DNA of 64,000 nucleotides from Octopus sinensis (Eukaryota), in contig NC_043001.1 in assembly GCF_006345805.1 (NCBI RefSeq), positions 44,826,001 through 44,890,000 on the forward strand, read 5' to 3'. Under the pieces are notes generated by a model. The model made no database searches, was not told the origin of the DNA, and was given only the letters and a program-made list of their open reading frames with translations. Below are positions 13,561-26,684 of the stretch, piece by piece. Position 1 is the stretch's first letter, and each line of letters opens with the position of its first letter. The position numbers and the translations under genes are program-made.

Positions 13561-14569
13561 CAATAATCCGTTTAACCAACTATACTTTATTTCAAAACAT
13601 GCGACATGCATTTTATTATTATTACTATAACTGATGAACATTGGATTGGCACAATCATTAACACAATGGAACAATGTCCTGTGATATTTCTTTTGGTTTG
13701 TTACATCAGGAGTTCAAATCCTACAAAAGTCAGCTTTGCCTTTCATCCCTCTAAAGTCAATAAAGTAAAGCAGCAGTTCCCAGCCATTTTTGCACCATGG
13801 ACCAGTTTCCTGCAAGATAATTTTCCACAGACAATAGATCACATGCATAAGACACAATAAAGTGCATTATATATTATTTAATTATTACATATATGATTAT
13901 TATATATATATAATATATAATACTAGACCAATAGAATAAGTACTTGGCTTACAAAGAAAAAGTCCTGGTGTCGATGTGCTCAACTAAAGGCAATGCTCCA
14001 GCATTGCCACAGTCAAATGACTGAAACAAGTAAAAGAGTATAATACATATATATATTACATATATGATGCAGAATCATCCTGCAGACTGTAATAGTCAAT
14101 AAAATTATAAAATTTATTCTTTCTGTGTGACCAGGTACCATGGCTCAGTAGTTGGGCCCTGAAGTAAAGTACCAGTCAGGAACTGGGGTTGACGTAATTG
14201 AATAACCTGTCCCTACAAAACTATTGGCCTTGTACCTAAATAAGAAATTAAACTGATTACAATGAAAAAAAAAGCTAAAAACAAAAACAAAAAACAAAGA
14301 CAATTGACATTGTTTATTTAATTTTATTTCTTTTTTTTTTGTTATTATTTTAAATCTTTTAGCAGTAATGTTAGTTTTTAAAAAATTTGTTTTGTAATGG
14401 TGGTGGGATGACAAAACTGAAAATGTGCAACACAAAATGTGAAATTTATAGTGAATATTTAGTGAAAGACAATTGGATATAATACACAGAGCCAAGTACC
14501 AATGAGTGTGACATGAAATAAACCAATAAATACATACACCTATTTTTATAAGAATACAAGAACTTTATA

Positions 14570-14870
14570 CATACACACACACACATACATACATATATGT
14601 GTGTATATATACATATATAAAGATGAAATTAATAGAGAGATACAAGTGACAATCCAATAATTTATTTATATTATAACATAATACTTTCCTTAATTTGTTA
14701 ATTTATATATACATACATATATATATGTGTGTGTGTGTATATATATAATATATACATACATATATATGTATGTATGCATATATATATACACACACATATA
14801 TATACATGTGTATACACATACACACACACATACACAAACACATGCACACCTATATACCTATAAACAGATA
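14570..14870. repeat. compound (TA)/(CA)/(TACA) microsatellite
   Basis: Direct inspection. Confidence 0.9.
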
Positions 14871-17800
14871 AACAAGAACACAAACTATAAAATAATCCTT
14901 AACATCAAAAATGTAGATTTATTTGCATTGTTGCTCTAGGTTATGATTTTTGTAACATTTAATATGCTAAACAAATGTTCACACAGAGTTTACTGGTGGA
15001 AACTTGACTGATATGTTGAGTATCTCAAGTAACTTCATAGTTTCCTTACAGGTACATCTTCTTCCTAGTCTGACATCTGTAGTTCATTCTGTTAAAACAG
15101 AAATAATTTAGCCATTGCTCAATTCATTCACTGAAGCATAACTATGATCAAAGATGTTCAGGGTATGACTATTTCATCTCTTTTTTATATATCAAAAATT
15201 ATATTGTCCATTGTATACATCTTTATGAAAGATAGTTGGATATAGCTCAAAGGGGATTTGGTCAATATTTCTAACGGGTTAAATGAACAAATGCATAGAC
15301 GGCAATTATAGCACAGTTGAAAGTGATTACACAGACTGTATAAAGGTGAAGTGACATGTGTTGATTTGTTGATTGTTAAATAGAACAAGTCAAAGTGATT
15401 ATATAGAAGCTTAGCTTTCTCATGTTAGTAAATGTTGCTGTTGTTGTACTGACTCTTATCTACCAGCTAACAACCAAACCCTCAGTCCTAGAGTTAACTG
15501 ATTAACAAATCATGTGCACTTCTGATTTTGGTAATCTAATATTTACAGAGAAGCCTATTGTCATAGGATTTCATTAAAATATGTAACTACAATATCATTT
15601 TAACTTATTCATGATTATATTTCTTCCAAAACAGACTACCTATATGCTTTAATTAATCTTTCACAATCCAAAAGTATTAGAGAGTTTAGTAAAATAACTA
15701 ATGGTAACTTTTTATGTATTCATTGGTGGTTATATGAACCAGTGTTTGGAATACTATGGCACTATAATCTAATGAAACACTTGTTAAATTTATAGTGTTG
15801 CTATTGCTTACAAATGTGAGTTGTTTTCTACCTTAAGTATCTATCTAGCTGCAGTTAGGTGGACTAAATGAGTTAAGAAATGTTTTAATCAAAGATACAA
15901 TATAGCACCATTTTCAGTATACAATATGCCAACTCGTTGGCTGATTATCTAATGAATCAACTCTTGAATCAACAGTGTTGCTACTGCCTGGAGTTGTATC
16001 CCTGTAGTACCTCGCTATAGTTAGAAGGATTGAGTTATTTGAGATTCAAGTATCAAGGTAACAGATACAGTGCAGTACCAAGATATCAACTACTTATCGC
16101 TCAAGTGGTTATCTGATAATTTATTCACACAGTATTCACAGCCCTCACATTTTCATGAACAAACTCGAGTCATGAGGAGCTCTATACTGTTGCATGATCT
16201 GTTTTATAATAATAGCCAAATTTTTGGTAAATCATACTCAACAATCTCAGCAATTTAAAAAGGGAAGAGGACTTATGTATCCAGGATAATGCAGTCTTGG
16301 ATATATTATATATTTAAAAAAAAAAAAGATAATATGATTACAGTCTGAATGTCATTGATCATAGGTCTGCTCAATCATGACTGACTTTGGATTAAGCAAC
16401 AACAAATGGTAAACAGGAAGTTTCAGTCGTGTGTTAATGATGATATTATGGATATAATGAAAACTAAGGATAAGAAGAAGAAAATGGATTTATGTTACAT
16501 TCCTCACAATATCAGCATCTATTATATTCTTTATTTGTTGCTGGGTCTCATATAGCAATAACTGTTTCTAGATTATATTAACTAATGTCTTCTTTAATTT
16601 TCAAAAACAGTAGGGTTTGAGTTGAAGGAGATGTATCTGCCATTTCCAGCAGTCAGAGTCACTGAATTATTGACTCTACATGTTCTGACAAACAAAAATA
16701 AAAAAAAAAAACATAAAAACTGGGACACCTGCCCTTAATATTCTTGTGGGAGGCTTAGCAAAACCCACAGGGTACTGTCTATCAACAAACAACTAAACAA
16801 TAACATTTTTTTAAAAAAACACAGTGACAGATACTGGTGATAATGAGTGGTTAAGCAAATATCCATATTCAATGATATTCATTTCAACAGAACCCCGACT
16901 TTCTCCTTACCTTGAAACACATTGAAGGAGACAAGGCTGAGAGAATACAAGACCTTGGTTCACTGGTTTGTACAGAGTTTGTGTTTTATGGGGATGGGAC
17001 AAGTTGATGACTATATCTCTATATCCCAAACTTCCATTCTTGTGAAGAAAGACAGTGCTTGTTTGCTTGTTTCCCCTCTTTTTTTTGGGGGGGGGGGTCA
17101 CTGTTATAGTTCAATTTCGACATTGCAAACAAATGTAACGCTCATCGATTTTTTTGCAATTATACTACATTGGTGAACCATATCAGTGAACTACAACAGT
17201 AAACAATTGTGGTAAACCACTACAGAGAACTACAATAGGAAATTCTTGCAGTGAATAATGCAAGAGATACACTTAAAATAAGGCGAACGCGATCATTCGA
17301 AGTTAAGATGGTTTGCTCACAGGTGCAACATGGTACCCGTGATAAACTCTTAACCGCTTTTGATAATTATCATGCATGCTATCCATTTTCTCCAAATGCA
17401 TATGTAATTTAGAAGAAAGGGGGAGGGGAAGCTGGAGTTCACTTTGATATTTCTGGACCAAAGATATTTCAGGGGAAATAACTTTACTAATTCAATAAAC
17501 ATAGGAATTTGTTTCACCAAATCTTTCATTAAAAAATATTTGCAAATTTAATAATAAAAAAAAAGCAAAAATACCTGAAAATTTCCTTGATGTGTGATTT
17601 AATGTAATAATTTATTTTATTATTGTTTTATTTAAGTTGTTGAATAAAGGTGATTTCCATCCCACCCCACCAAACCTGTCATGCCATTATATGTATATTA
17701 TTTTGCACAAGTCACGTTATAACTTATCAAGCGACTTAAAATATTAATAACTTTATAATATTTATATGAACTTTGACTTTCTTCTGTCATTCTATTCCTT

Positions 17801-18959
17801 TTCTCTGCGTATTTAACTCTATTAATTACTGACTTTAAAAAAATTATACCTTACTCATATAATAATTTCGTTGTTTTAACAATTATTATTTTTTTTTTTC
17901 CATCTTTGCTTCAGTCTAGTCAATACGCTGAAAATAAAAAGAAGATAATTTTTTCCGGAGAAATTAGGAAAGCATTTTTCAAATTAGTTACGTTGCAGTT
18001 GAAAAGTTATCTCCCCTGAAATTCTAACTGACTCCAGATGATTTGACAGTTACATTAGTTATGGCCAACAAGCGACCAGTGGGACTTTCTGAACGGCATG
18101 TAAAACGAAAAATTACTTTTAAATTCTTTAGTAGTATGGTCCGTATGATGATGAGCCATCTCCCACGTGATCCAGTTCGCGAAAAATGCTACTCATGCCT
18201 GATCTACATGGTCGTAGAGCTGTTACAAATGGCAGGCGAATTTTCCACAAATAACAACCTACCGTTTGAAAAGACCATCTTAGGAAATACAGTCCTATTA
18301 CATCTTTTGAAAAAAAAAAATAGTCATAACTAAAATGCCTTTTATCCTAGGTGTGCACACAATCAGAGTTGTGCATAACAAACACATTTCCAGATTTCAA
18401 CAGTTAATATAAATAAAAAGTAAAATCGAAATTAGTTAGTTAAAAGGAGAGCAGTGCCCATACTCACTGCAGATCTTTTAACATTTGGTGAGGCTGATGC
18501 GACCGATGTTCATCCTGAACAGCAACAGGAAAAAGGGTGCAGTGAGGGAGAGATAATACCAGAATAAACTTTTCTGAAGACATTCATAGAATATTTGCTG
18601 GTGTTAAACCAAGTATCATGCTTGGTCCACTACCACAAATTGGAATGCTGTACCAAAATTAGAAACTGAACTAGAGCCACTCAACAACAACAATATTCAC
18701 AGCAAGGTAAACAGTTTGTGTCAAAGTCTTCCATTTAAAGAGACTAGCAAATAATAAACCATATATTTTGGGTGAGTAGGTACAATGACTGGAATTAAGT
18801 TCTTGGAATCCTGATTAAATGGTCATGAATACAAACCATTGAACAAATATTTTGTAACAATCATTATTTATTTTTACTGTAGGATGGTTTTTGTAAATTT
18901 GTATTTTAATGCAGGATGCTTTACAAGTAACTAATCATTTAATTTTTTTCTTATTGGTG

Positions 18960-20080
18960 GGGACTATGTCTGTGGTCTGCATTCCAAGGTCAATGACATC
19001 AATGCAGTTAATATTGCAAACTGATTGCTGCAAGAAAATACATGTTTACAGAAAGAATTCCAGTGGACTGGGGTTCTAAGGTGGTTGAAGTGGGTGCACT
19101 GGTAAGTGAGAAAGGGAGAGTGCAATATGGGTGATGAGCAGATGAGGTGTGTGTGAATCAGGGTTAGTTGGCACAACAGCAGTCAGTTTCAAGGAGCAGA
19201 TGCTATTGTAGTTGTGGCAGGTAAGCACAGAGGAAACAGCAAGTATTTGTGTCAGAAACTGGAGTGTGTTAGTAAATGATTTCATGTTAATTATTAAGTA
19301 ACCATTTTTATATGCAGTCTAGGATGTTTGTATATGTAGTAGTAGCATCATCCTAGATATGGGTGTAGTGCATTATTGTGAGTCACACTTGAACTTTTCA
19401 CAAAATCAGTAGTTGTTGGAGGTTGAAATATTTTACTGGCTCAAAGGTGGCGAGCTGGCAGAATCATTAACACATCAAGCAAAATGCTAAGCATTATTTC
19501 GTCTGCTGTTACGTTCTGAGTTCAAATATCGCCAAGGTTAACTTTGCCTTTCATCCTTTCAGAATCAATTAAATAAGTACCAGTTGTGTTCTGGAGTCGA
19601 TGTAATCGACTTAATCCCTTTGTCTGTCTTTGTTTGTCTCCTCTGTGTTTAGCCCCTGGTGGGCAATGAAGAAATAAATATTGTACTGGCTCTGAAGTGA
19701 AAAGCCATTCTTTATAATGCAGTCTTGTTGTTAAAGGTGTGTTTGGCAGAAGAGATCTTCCATCTAGCATTTGTAGGGACTTTGATGGTCCTTATGTGAT
19801 GGTTGTTGTAATAATGTTTTCTTGATGAGTGTAAGTAGTGTTTTTGTGCTGATGAAGGAGATGAAATTGGCATGGCTCCAATAGAAGATGTTTTTGAAAT
19901 CTCTGTTCATGGTGTTGGGGCAGATTTGGCATGAGGTGTCTAAGTTATGTATGAATGATGCTTGAGTGTGGAAGGTTAGAGAAAATTGAAGGGTTGTATC
20001 ATCAACAAAGGAGAGGACCTTGTTAGAGGTGATAGCAGAGTAGGTCATTAATGTGTAAATAAAAAAGTTGCAGTATTGAT
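18960..20080 (-). mobile_element. degenerate CR1/L2-group LINE 3' fragment interrupted by a SINE
   Basis: ORF 19764-20048 SAITSNKVLSFVDDTTL (YADD-equivalent) ..FYWSHANFISFISTKT; ORF 19076-19285 LQFLTQILAVSSVLTCHNYNSICS resembles the C-terminal LQPLxHRRxVxSL..CS segment. Confidence 0.7.
19443..19675 (+). mobile_element. full-length family A SINE (short-tail subfamily) with 17-bp TSD
   Basis: TSD AAATATTTTACTGGCTC (19426-19442) / AAATATTGTACTGGCTC (19676-19692), one mismatch. Confidence 0.9.
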
Positions 20081-21835
20081 AGAATTTGTGTTTGTGAGAG
20101 CTCCATCAGCACACACTATGTGGGTATGATGTGACAGGAAGTTGTTACCAATTCAAGAGATAAGAGATAGATGGAGCCCACAGACAGTAGGAAATTTGCC
20201 AGATAAGGAACAAAGCTTTACTGGAATCAATGACAACACTACTTTCACTAAATTTCTTAAAAGCTCTTGCTCTTGAGAAATTTAGTGAAAGAAGTGTTGT
20301 TGCTCCGAGTGGTTAACATAAAGTAGGTCTCAAATAAAGGTGTAATAGGTATGGTACCTGTTCATTAGCAAAGCAGTAACATTATGTTTCATAGCCAAAA
20401 TCACTAAAAGAAATAGTTATGGTAATAAGGTCTGAGCTTATGACCATTTAATCAGTAATTGTCCACCTTAAATTTTCACCCATCGTACATTTTAAAGACA
20501 CACACACACACACATACGTTATATAAGATTATTTCCAATCCATAAATTAAAGGGTTATTTAAACTCTTTTCAACAAATACATTAGTAAATATTAAATACA
20601 AACAAGAACAGAGACATGAAAGTTACAAACAGAATAGAAATAATTTGATGTGAATACATTCAGTGAATAATCTTCATTTGATTTAACTCATTATATAATT
20701 TATGTACCATTTATCAAGACAATACAATTGCTGTGCAGTTAAGGTTTAGGACTGCTGACAACTATCAGCTTGCAACTGCTTAAGAGAAATGTTAAAATTG
20801 ATGATGGCACAACCTTTTCCTCCAGACCAATCAAACTGAAAGAAATGAAAAACAGTTGAAATTTCAGATCTTGCTATAGCTATTACTTGACTAAACTCCC
20901 CACTTCAAATTTGAAGTTGCCAACAGTGGGAAAAGCCTCAGCTGGCTATAAAAACAGTTGCTCCAACAACTAAAGTATTTGGTTCATACAAGAATGGAAA
21001 ATTAGCTATAAACCATTTAATTTTTAAAAAGTAGAATATATCAAGTATTTGTTTTGAGAGTTGTATACATTGGCTAAATGGTCTCCATTTTGGGATAATG
21101 TAACTAGGAAATAGATATAAAGATTAGCTAATGAACATCTTATCGATTTACATTAGTTTATGAGAAGTGATATATGTTAATAAACAAATACAGATGCACT
21201 AAAAAATGGAAGTAATTTAACCATATGGTATAACTTGTTGTACTGAGAAACAGTGGAATGCTGGCAGCATAATTTGTTAATCTATCAGGGCAATAAATAG
21301 AGGGTATGGGTTTTATGTGTGTCATATGGTACCTTTTTTAAATTTATTTTCACATTTCTGTAAATTTGTATGGGCACTCTTAGTAAATATGTACACACAT
21401 ACACTATGACTGAGCTGGTTGATTTAATTTATATTTACCTTTTTTTTTTCATTGGACAATAACAAAATATTTTGATATATTCTAAGGTTTCAAAAAAATA
21501 AACAGTGTGTCTTTTGTATGATGATCAGTTTAAATAATTCATTAACTTCTAATATACAACTTTATCTATAGGGTCATATATACTTCTTAACCAGAAAAAA
21601 GTGAGGTTTATCTAACAAAATACAACACAAATAAACAAAAGTAACAAAAAAACTGAGAGAGTAGGGATTTTTGTAATGCATACACCAAGTATTACCCAGA
21701 TAATTTTTCAACTGGTTAGCTTTTTTAATGTTGTAATTGCATAAAAGGCAATTAAACAGACTTTCTTACACAACTAATTGCCATAAATATTGAATACATT
21801 AAATAGAATCTCTTTCAGTTTGCCAGCATTTCTTT

Positions 21836-23244
21836 TTATAACGATATTGTGGGCTGTGTTTCTGCACACACACTCTCTGATGTTGGAGGCTCTGTTAGAG
21901 CTTCTGGGGGATCTGTGGAACTCGAATCCTTACTACATGTACCAAGATATAAACTGTCTTTTTGATGAATTTTCATGTGTTTTGATAGGTGTCCTGATTG
22001 TATGAAGGATTTCTTACAAACTGAACATGAAAATGGTTTTTCCCCTGTGTGTGTTCTAAGATGTTTTGTTAAGTGTCCTGACTGCACAAATTTCTTCTCA
22101 CAAAGTGTACATGCATAAGGCTTTTCCCCCGTGTGTGTCTTCAAGTGTTCACTCAAATTCCCTGCATGAGAGAATGTTTTCTCACAATGATTACATTCAT
22201 AAATACGTTCTCCAGAATGCACACGTAAATGTCTCTTTAAAGAGTCAGAACGTGGGAATGTGCTTGAACAAAAGTTGCATAAAAACGGTCGTTCTGCAGT
22301 ATGGATTCTCAAGTGTACAGTTAGGTTATTTGACTGGGAAAATGCTTTTGAGCAGAAGTTACATGTATAGGGTTTTTCTCCCTTGTGAATCCTGAGGTGT
22401 TTGGTAAGATGGCCTGACTGTGAAAATTTCTTGTTGCAGTATTCACATTCAAATGGTTTTTCTCCTGTGTGTGTTTTGATGTGTTCGGTGAGGTTACCAG
22501 AGTGAGAAAAAGATTTAGGACACATCGTACAAGGGAAACATTTTTCACCAGTATGTGTCCTAACATGGGTTGCAAGGTTGTCAGATCGAGAAAAGGCAAG
22601 TCCACAACAAGGGCATTCATAAGGTTTCTCGGCAGTATGTGTACGCATATGTGCAGTAAGATTATTTGACTGAGAAAACCGCTTTTTGCAGAAAGTGCAC
22701 TCATAAGGTTTCTCACCAGTATGAACTCGGAGATGTTTTGTTAAGTGACCGGACTGTGAAAATTTCTTTGAACAAAAATGGCAGTTGTATGGCCTGGGCT
22801 GATCTAATTTTTTCGAATTTATTGCCTTTGAATTAGATGAAGGTTGTAAAGATGCATCCGGTAATGCAGGCAGCACTCCAGTATGTACTGACTGTGAAGT
22901 AACTGATATCATTAAACTTCCATTATTATCCAATGACTGTGAGGGTATCAAAGGATGTGATGCTGGTGGAATATATGCAGATACAGCACAAGCAGTTTCA
23001 GTATATGATATACCATAGAACTTGCAAGGATCATTTCTGTTCTGACTAGTGATCATATCTTGGTTAAAGCTTCTGCTGAAATTCTTTGGTGTTAGTGAGG
23101 AATCAGCAATATTTTGACTGACTGAATCCATAATGCTATTTTGGATTAAAATTTTCTGAAGGGCAGGGGAAGGTAGGTAATGTACAGAAAAATCTGTTAC
23201 AGAATCTTTTTTCTTCAAGTGCACAACACGTTTGTTTAAATAAT
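21836..23244 (-). CDS. C2H2 zinc-finger protein, main exon (10 tandem fingers)
   Basis: Uninterrupted ORF with 10 CxxC-x12-HxxxH fingers and TGEKP-type linkers; polypyrimidine acceptor TTTTATTTATTTCAG ends at 23245 and the frame is open up to it (phase 1). Confidence 0.95.
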
Positions 23245-23379
23245 CTGAAATAAATAAAAGAAAACATAAGTAGGTAATGAATGAAATTTGTCAGCATTAG
23301 CATTGTTGTCAACATCGGCATCATCATCATCACCAATATTATTATTAGAAATCAAGGTAATTAGCAGACATGTAAATGT

Positions 23380-24100
23380 TCTGTCAGCTCACCACCTTAA
23401 TAATGGTGGCAGCGGCAGTGGTGGTCTCAAATTTTGTCACAAAGCCAACAATTTTAAGGAAGAGATAAGTGAATTACATTGATACCTTATACTTGATTGG
23501 TACTTTGATTTCTTGACCTTGAAAGGATGAAAGGCAAAGTTGACTTCTGCAGAATTTGAAGTCAGAATGTTATGAGCCAGAAAAAATGCATTTTGCATTT
23601 TGTCTGATATGCTAACAATTCTTTAAGCTCACCATTAGTATTAGGTTGGTGTATAATTATTATGACGTTTTTTTCAATAAATTTTATTCAACAAAAACAA
23701 TAACAACATTTAACAAAAACATCTTTAAATGATTATTCTGGAGCATATTCACCATCTACTTCAATTACTGCTTGGCGTTTTGTTTAAATATTTTGTTGAA
23801 TAAAATTTATTGAAAAAAAGCCGCAATAATTATGCACCAACGTAATAATAATAATGATAATTTCTAGAAATTTTGTAAAAAGGCCAGCAATTTTGGGGAA
23901 GGGGAATAATCAATTACTTAAGACCCCAGTGCTCAAATTGTACATATTTTATCAAACCCAAAAGGATGAAAGGCAAAGTAAGCCTCAGTGGAATTTAAAC
24001 TTCGAATGTTAAGTGGCAAATGATATTCCACTAAGAATTTTCTCAAATGAGCAAACAACTCTGCCAGTTTGCTATCTGAATAGTAAAAATAATAATAATA
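23380..24100 (-). mobile_element. tandem family A SINE copies in the ZNF intron
   Basis: Repeated reverse-complement core GGATGAAAGGCAAAGT at ~23525 and ~23965 with AAT spacers. Confidence 0.8.
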
Positions 24101-24948
24101 ATAATATGAGTGAACAATCATGCTGAGTTTTCTTTGTTAGATGATTAGTGCATGTCAACTATTAGCATTAATTTAAACGACTATGTTCTTCCTTGCAAAT
24201 TGATGGCCTTGTGACTATATTAGAAATTATTGCTGCAGTTTACCTGAGCTCTGTATAAAATGAGCTTGTTGAGCTTAGCAGTATTTTTTTCTAACTCTTT
24301 TAAATTCTGAGTTCAAATGCTACCAAGGTCGACTTTTCCTTTCATCCTTTTGTGCTAGATAAAATACACACCAGTTGAGTACTGGTCTCCTATAGCTGTC
24401 TCCTATAAAACATTCAGGCCTTGTGCTTATAGTAGAAAGGATTATTATAATTAAAATTATCATCATCATCCTCATCTTATAAATACTTAGAAATGTAAGG
24501 CAAAAATAATAATGGTTTCAAGTTTTGGTACAGGGCCAGTAATTTCGGGGAGAGGGTAAATCAATTACATCGATCCCAGGGCCCAACTGGTACTTATTTT
24601 ATCAATCCCTAAAGGATAAAAGTCAAAGTTAGAATATGGACTCAAAACATAAAGGTGGATAAGCATTTTGCCTGGTGTACTAACGATTCTGCCAGCTCTC
24701 CGCCTCAATAATAATAATTCTTTCTTCTAAAGGCACAAGGCCTGAAATTTTTAGGGAGGGAACTAGTCAGTTATATCGACTCCAGTGTTTCACTGGTACT
24801 TAATTTATTGACCCGGAAAGGATGAAAGGTAAAGTCAACCTAGGTGGAATTTTAACTCACAATGTATCAACAGGCGAAATACCACTAAGTATTTTGCCCG
24901 GTATACTAACGATTCTACCAGCTCACTGCCTTCATAATAAAAATAATA

Positions 24949-24999
<51 letters not shown>

Positions 25000-25008
25000 C
25001 AATAATAA

Positions 25009-25905
25009 TAAAACAAATGAAATCCAAACTAAAAATAGAACAGCAATGAACCATGATAAAACGATGGCAAGAAAAGCCCCTTCATGGCAAATACTGGACT
25101 AAACTAAATGCAAAAGAAATAGACAAAGAAAAATCCCAACAATGGTTGAGAAGCCCAAAACTCAAAGCAGAGACAGAAAGATTTTTAATTGCAGCACAAG
25201 ACCAAAGCCTCCCCACCAGAAATTACCAAAAACATGTAATGAAAAGAAATATTACAAGTAACTGCAAAATATGTGGAGATGGACAAGAAACAATAAATCA
25301 TATTATCTCTGGCTGCCCAGTCCTGGCTAAGAAGGAATATATTCACAGACACGACAGAGTTGGGACCTATATACACTGGAAACTATGCCAACATTATGGA
25401 ATAACAACAGAAAAAAGATGGTATAGGCACACACCAGAAAAGGTCACAGGAAACGAGAAAGCAACCATACTCTGGGATATGCCAATATCCAACAGACCAG
25501 ATATAGTTGTCAGAGATCATGAAGAAAAAAAATTTTTTGTAATTGATGTATCAATACCAGCGGATGACAACGTGTCTCTAAAAGAAATGGAGAAACTTTC
25601 AAAATACAAAGACCTGGAAATAGAGGTAACCAGAATGTGGAATCTAAAAACAGAAACAATTCCTATCATAATAGGTGCATTAGGCATGATAAAAAAATAT
25701 TCAGAAAAATACATAACAAAAACACCAGGACTTACAAACACATATAACATACAGAAAATTGCACTACTAGGCACTGCACACATCCTACGCAGAACACTTT
25801 CCATACAATAACCATCAAAGCATCACAACAAATCACAGCACATATCCAAGGCACACAGAGCTTCGCTCAGTAGTGAAGTGAAAGCACGCTATAAAAAATA
25901 TACTA

Positions 25906-25908
<3 letters not shown>
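25009..25908 (+). mobile_element. 5'-truncated RLE-type non-LTR retrotransposon (R4/Dong-like) flanked by (AAT)n
   Basis: ORF 25053-25811 has the CCHC knuckle CKICGDGQETINHIISGC, RHDRV and the PD-(D/E)xK nuclease NRPDIVV..VIDVSIP..KEMEKLSKYKDL; in-frame TGA at 25047-25049; ~100-nt 3' UTR; (AAT)n at ~24940-24996 and 25909-25938. Confidence 0.9.
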
Positions 25909-25938
<30 letters not shown>

Positions 25939-26140
25939 CCTTTCTATTACAGGCGCAAGGCCTGAAATTTTGGGGGATGGGGTAAGTCGATCCCATTGAC
26001 CCCTGGTATTTAATTTATTGACCCTGAAAGGATGAAAGACAAAGTTGACCTCGGCGGAATTTGAACTCAGAACATAGCGGCTGAGGAAATACTGCTAAGC
26101 ATTTTGCCTGGCGTGCTGTTTCTGCCTTAGCTTGCTGCCT
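25939..26140 (-). mobile_element. family A SINE whose (ATT)n tail hosts the Dong-like insertion
   Basis: Tail CCTTTCTATTACAGGCGCAAGGCC, core GGATGAAAGACAAAGTTGACCTCGGCGGAATTTGAACTCAG. Confidence 0.85.
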
Positions 26141-26513
26141 TAGAGACAGTTCACAAAGAAGGGAAGAAAGAAGAAGAAGAAGAAATTGGAAGATGCGGCC
26201 TAAGAATTGGCAACCAAATCTTCCTTGAATCACACTGTGCCATTTTATTTTTTAAGGGAATAATATTACATCATGTCTCGCAGACATCCCCATCAAGAGA
26301 CGGGATGCTCAGAGCTGTAACACTTTTGATCAGGACGTGTAGTTGAACAATATTAAAAAATCATTATTTAGTATTTTCTAAGGTGGCGAACCGGCAGAAT
26401 CGTTAGCACGCCGGGTGAAATGCTTATCAGTATTTCGCCCGTCATTAAAATCTGAGTTCAAATACCGTCCAGGTCGACATTGCCTTTCATCCTTTTGGGG
26501 GTCGATAAATTAA

Positions 26514-26684
26514 CCCATTAAGTCCCAGAGTACTTAAATTTCTGAATATTACTTTCAAATTTTTACAAATGATTGAAAATAGGTTAAAATAAAAAATTTT
26601 TTAAAAAAATCTGAGACAATGTGGTATAGCTTATTTAATGTTCTCATTTAATGTCCTATTTATAGGAAAGTGGGACTTAATGGG
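26514..26684. mobile_element. piggyBac-like MITE (171 bp) inserted into the TTAA of a SINE
   Basis: TTAA at 26510-26513 and 26685-26688; perfect 14-bp TIR CCCATTAAGTCCCA / TGGGACTTAATGGG; removing it restores the SINE core GATAAATTAAGTACCAG. Confidence 0.9.

Noticed and set aside
18043-18333. DNA transposase fragment (MANKRPVGLSERHVKRKI..)
   Set aside because: No catalytic motif or terminal repeats recognised.
22066-22716. Extra ORFs overlapping the ZNF exon
   Set aside because: Shadow frames of the repetitive finger-coding sequence with no recognisable product.
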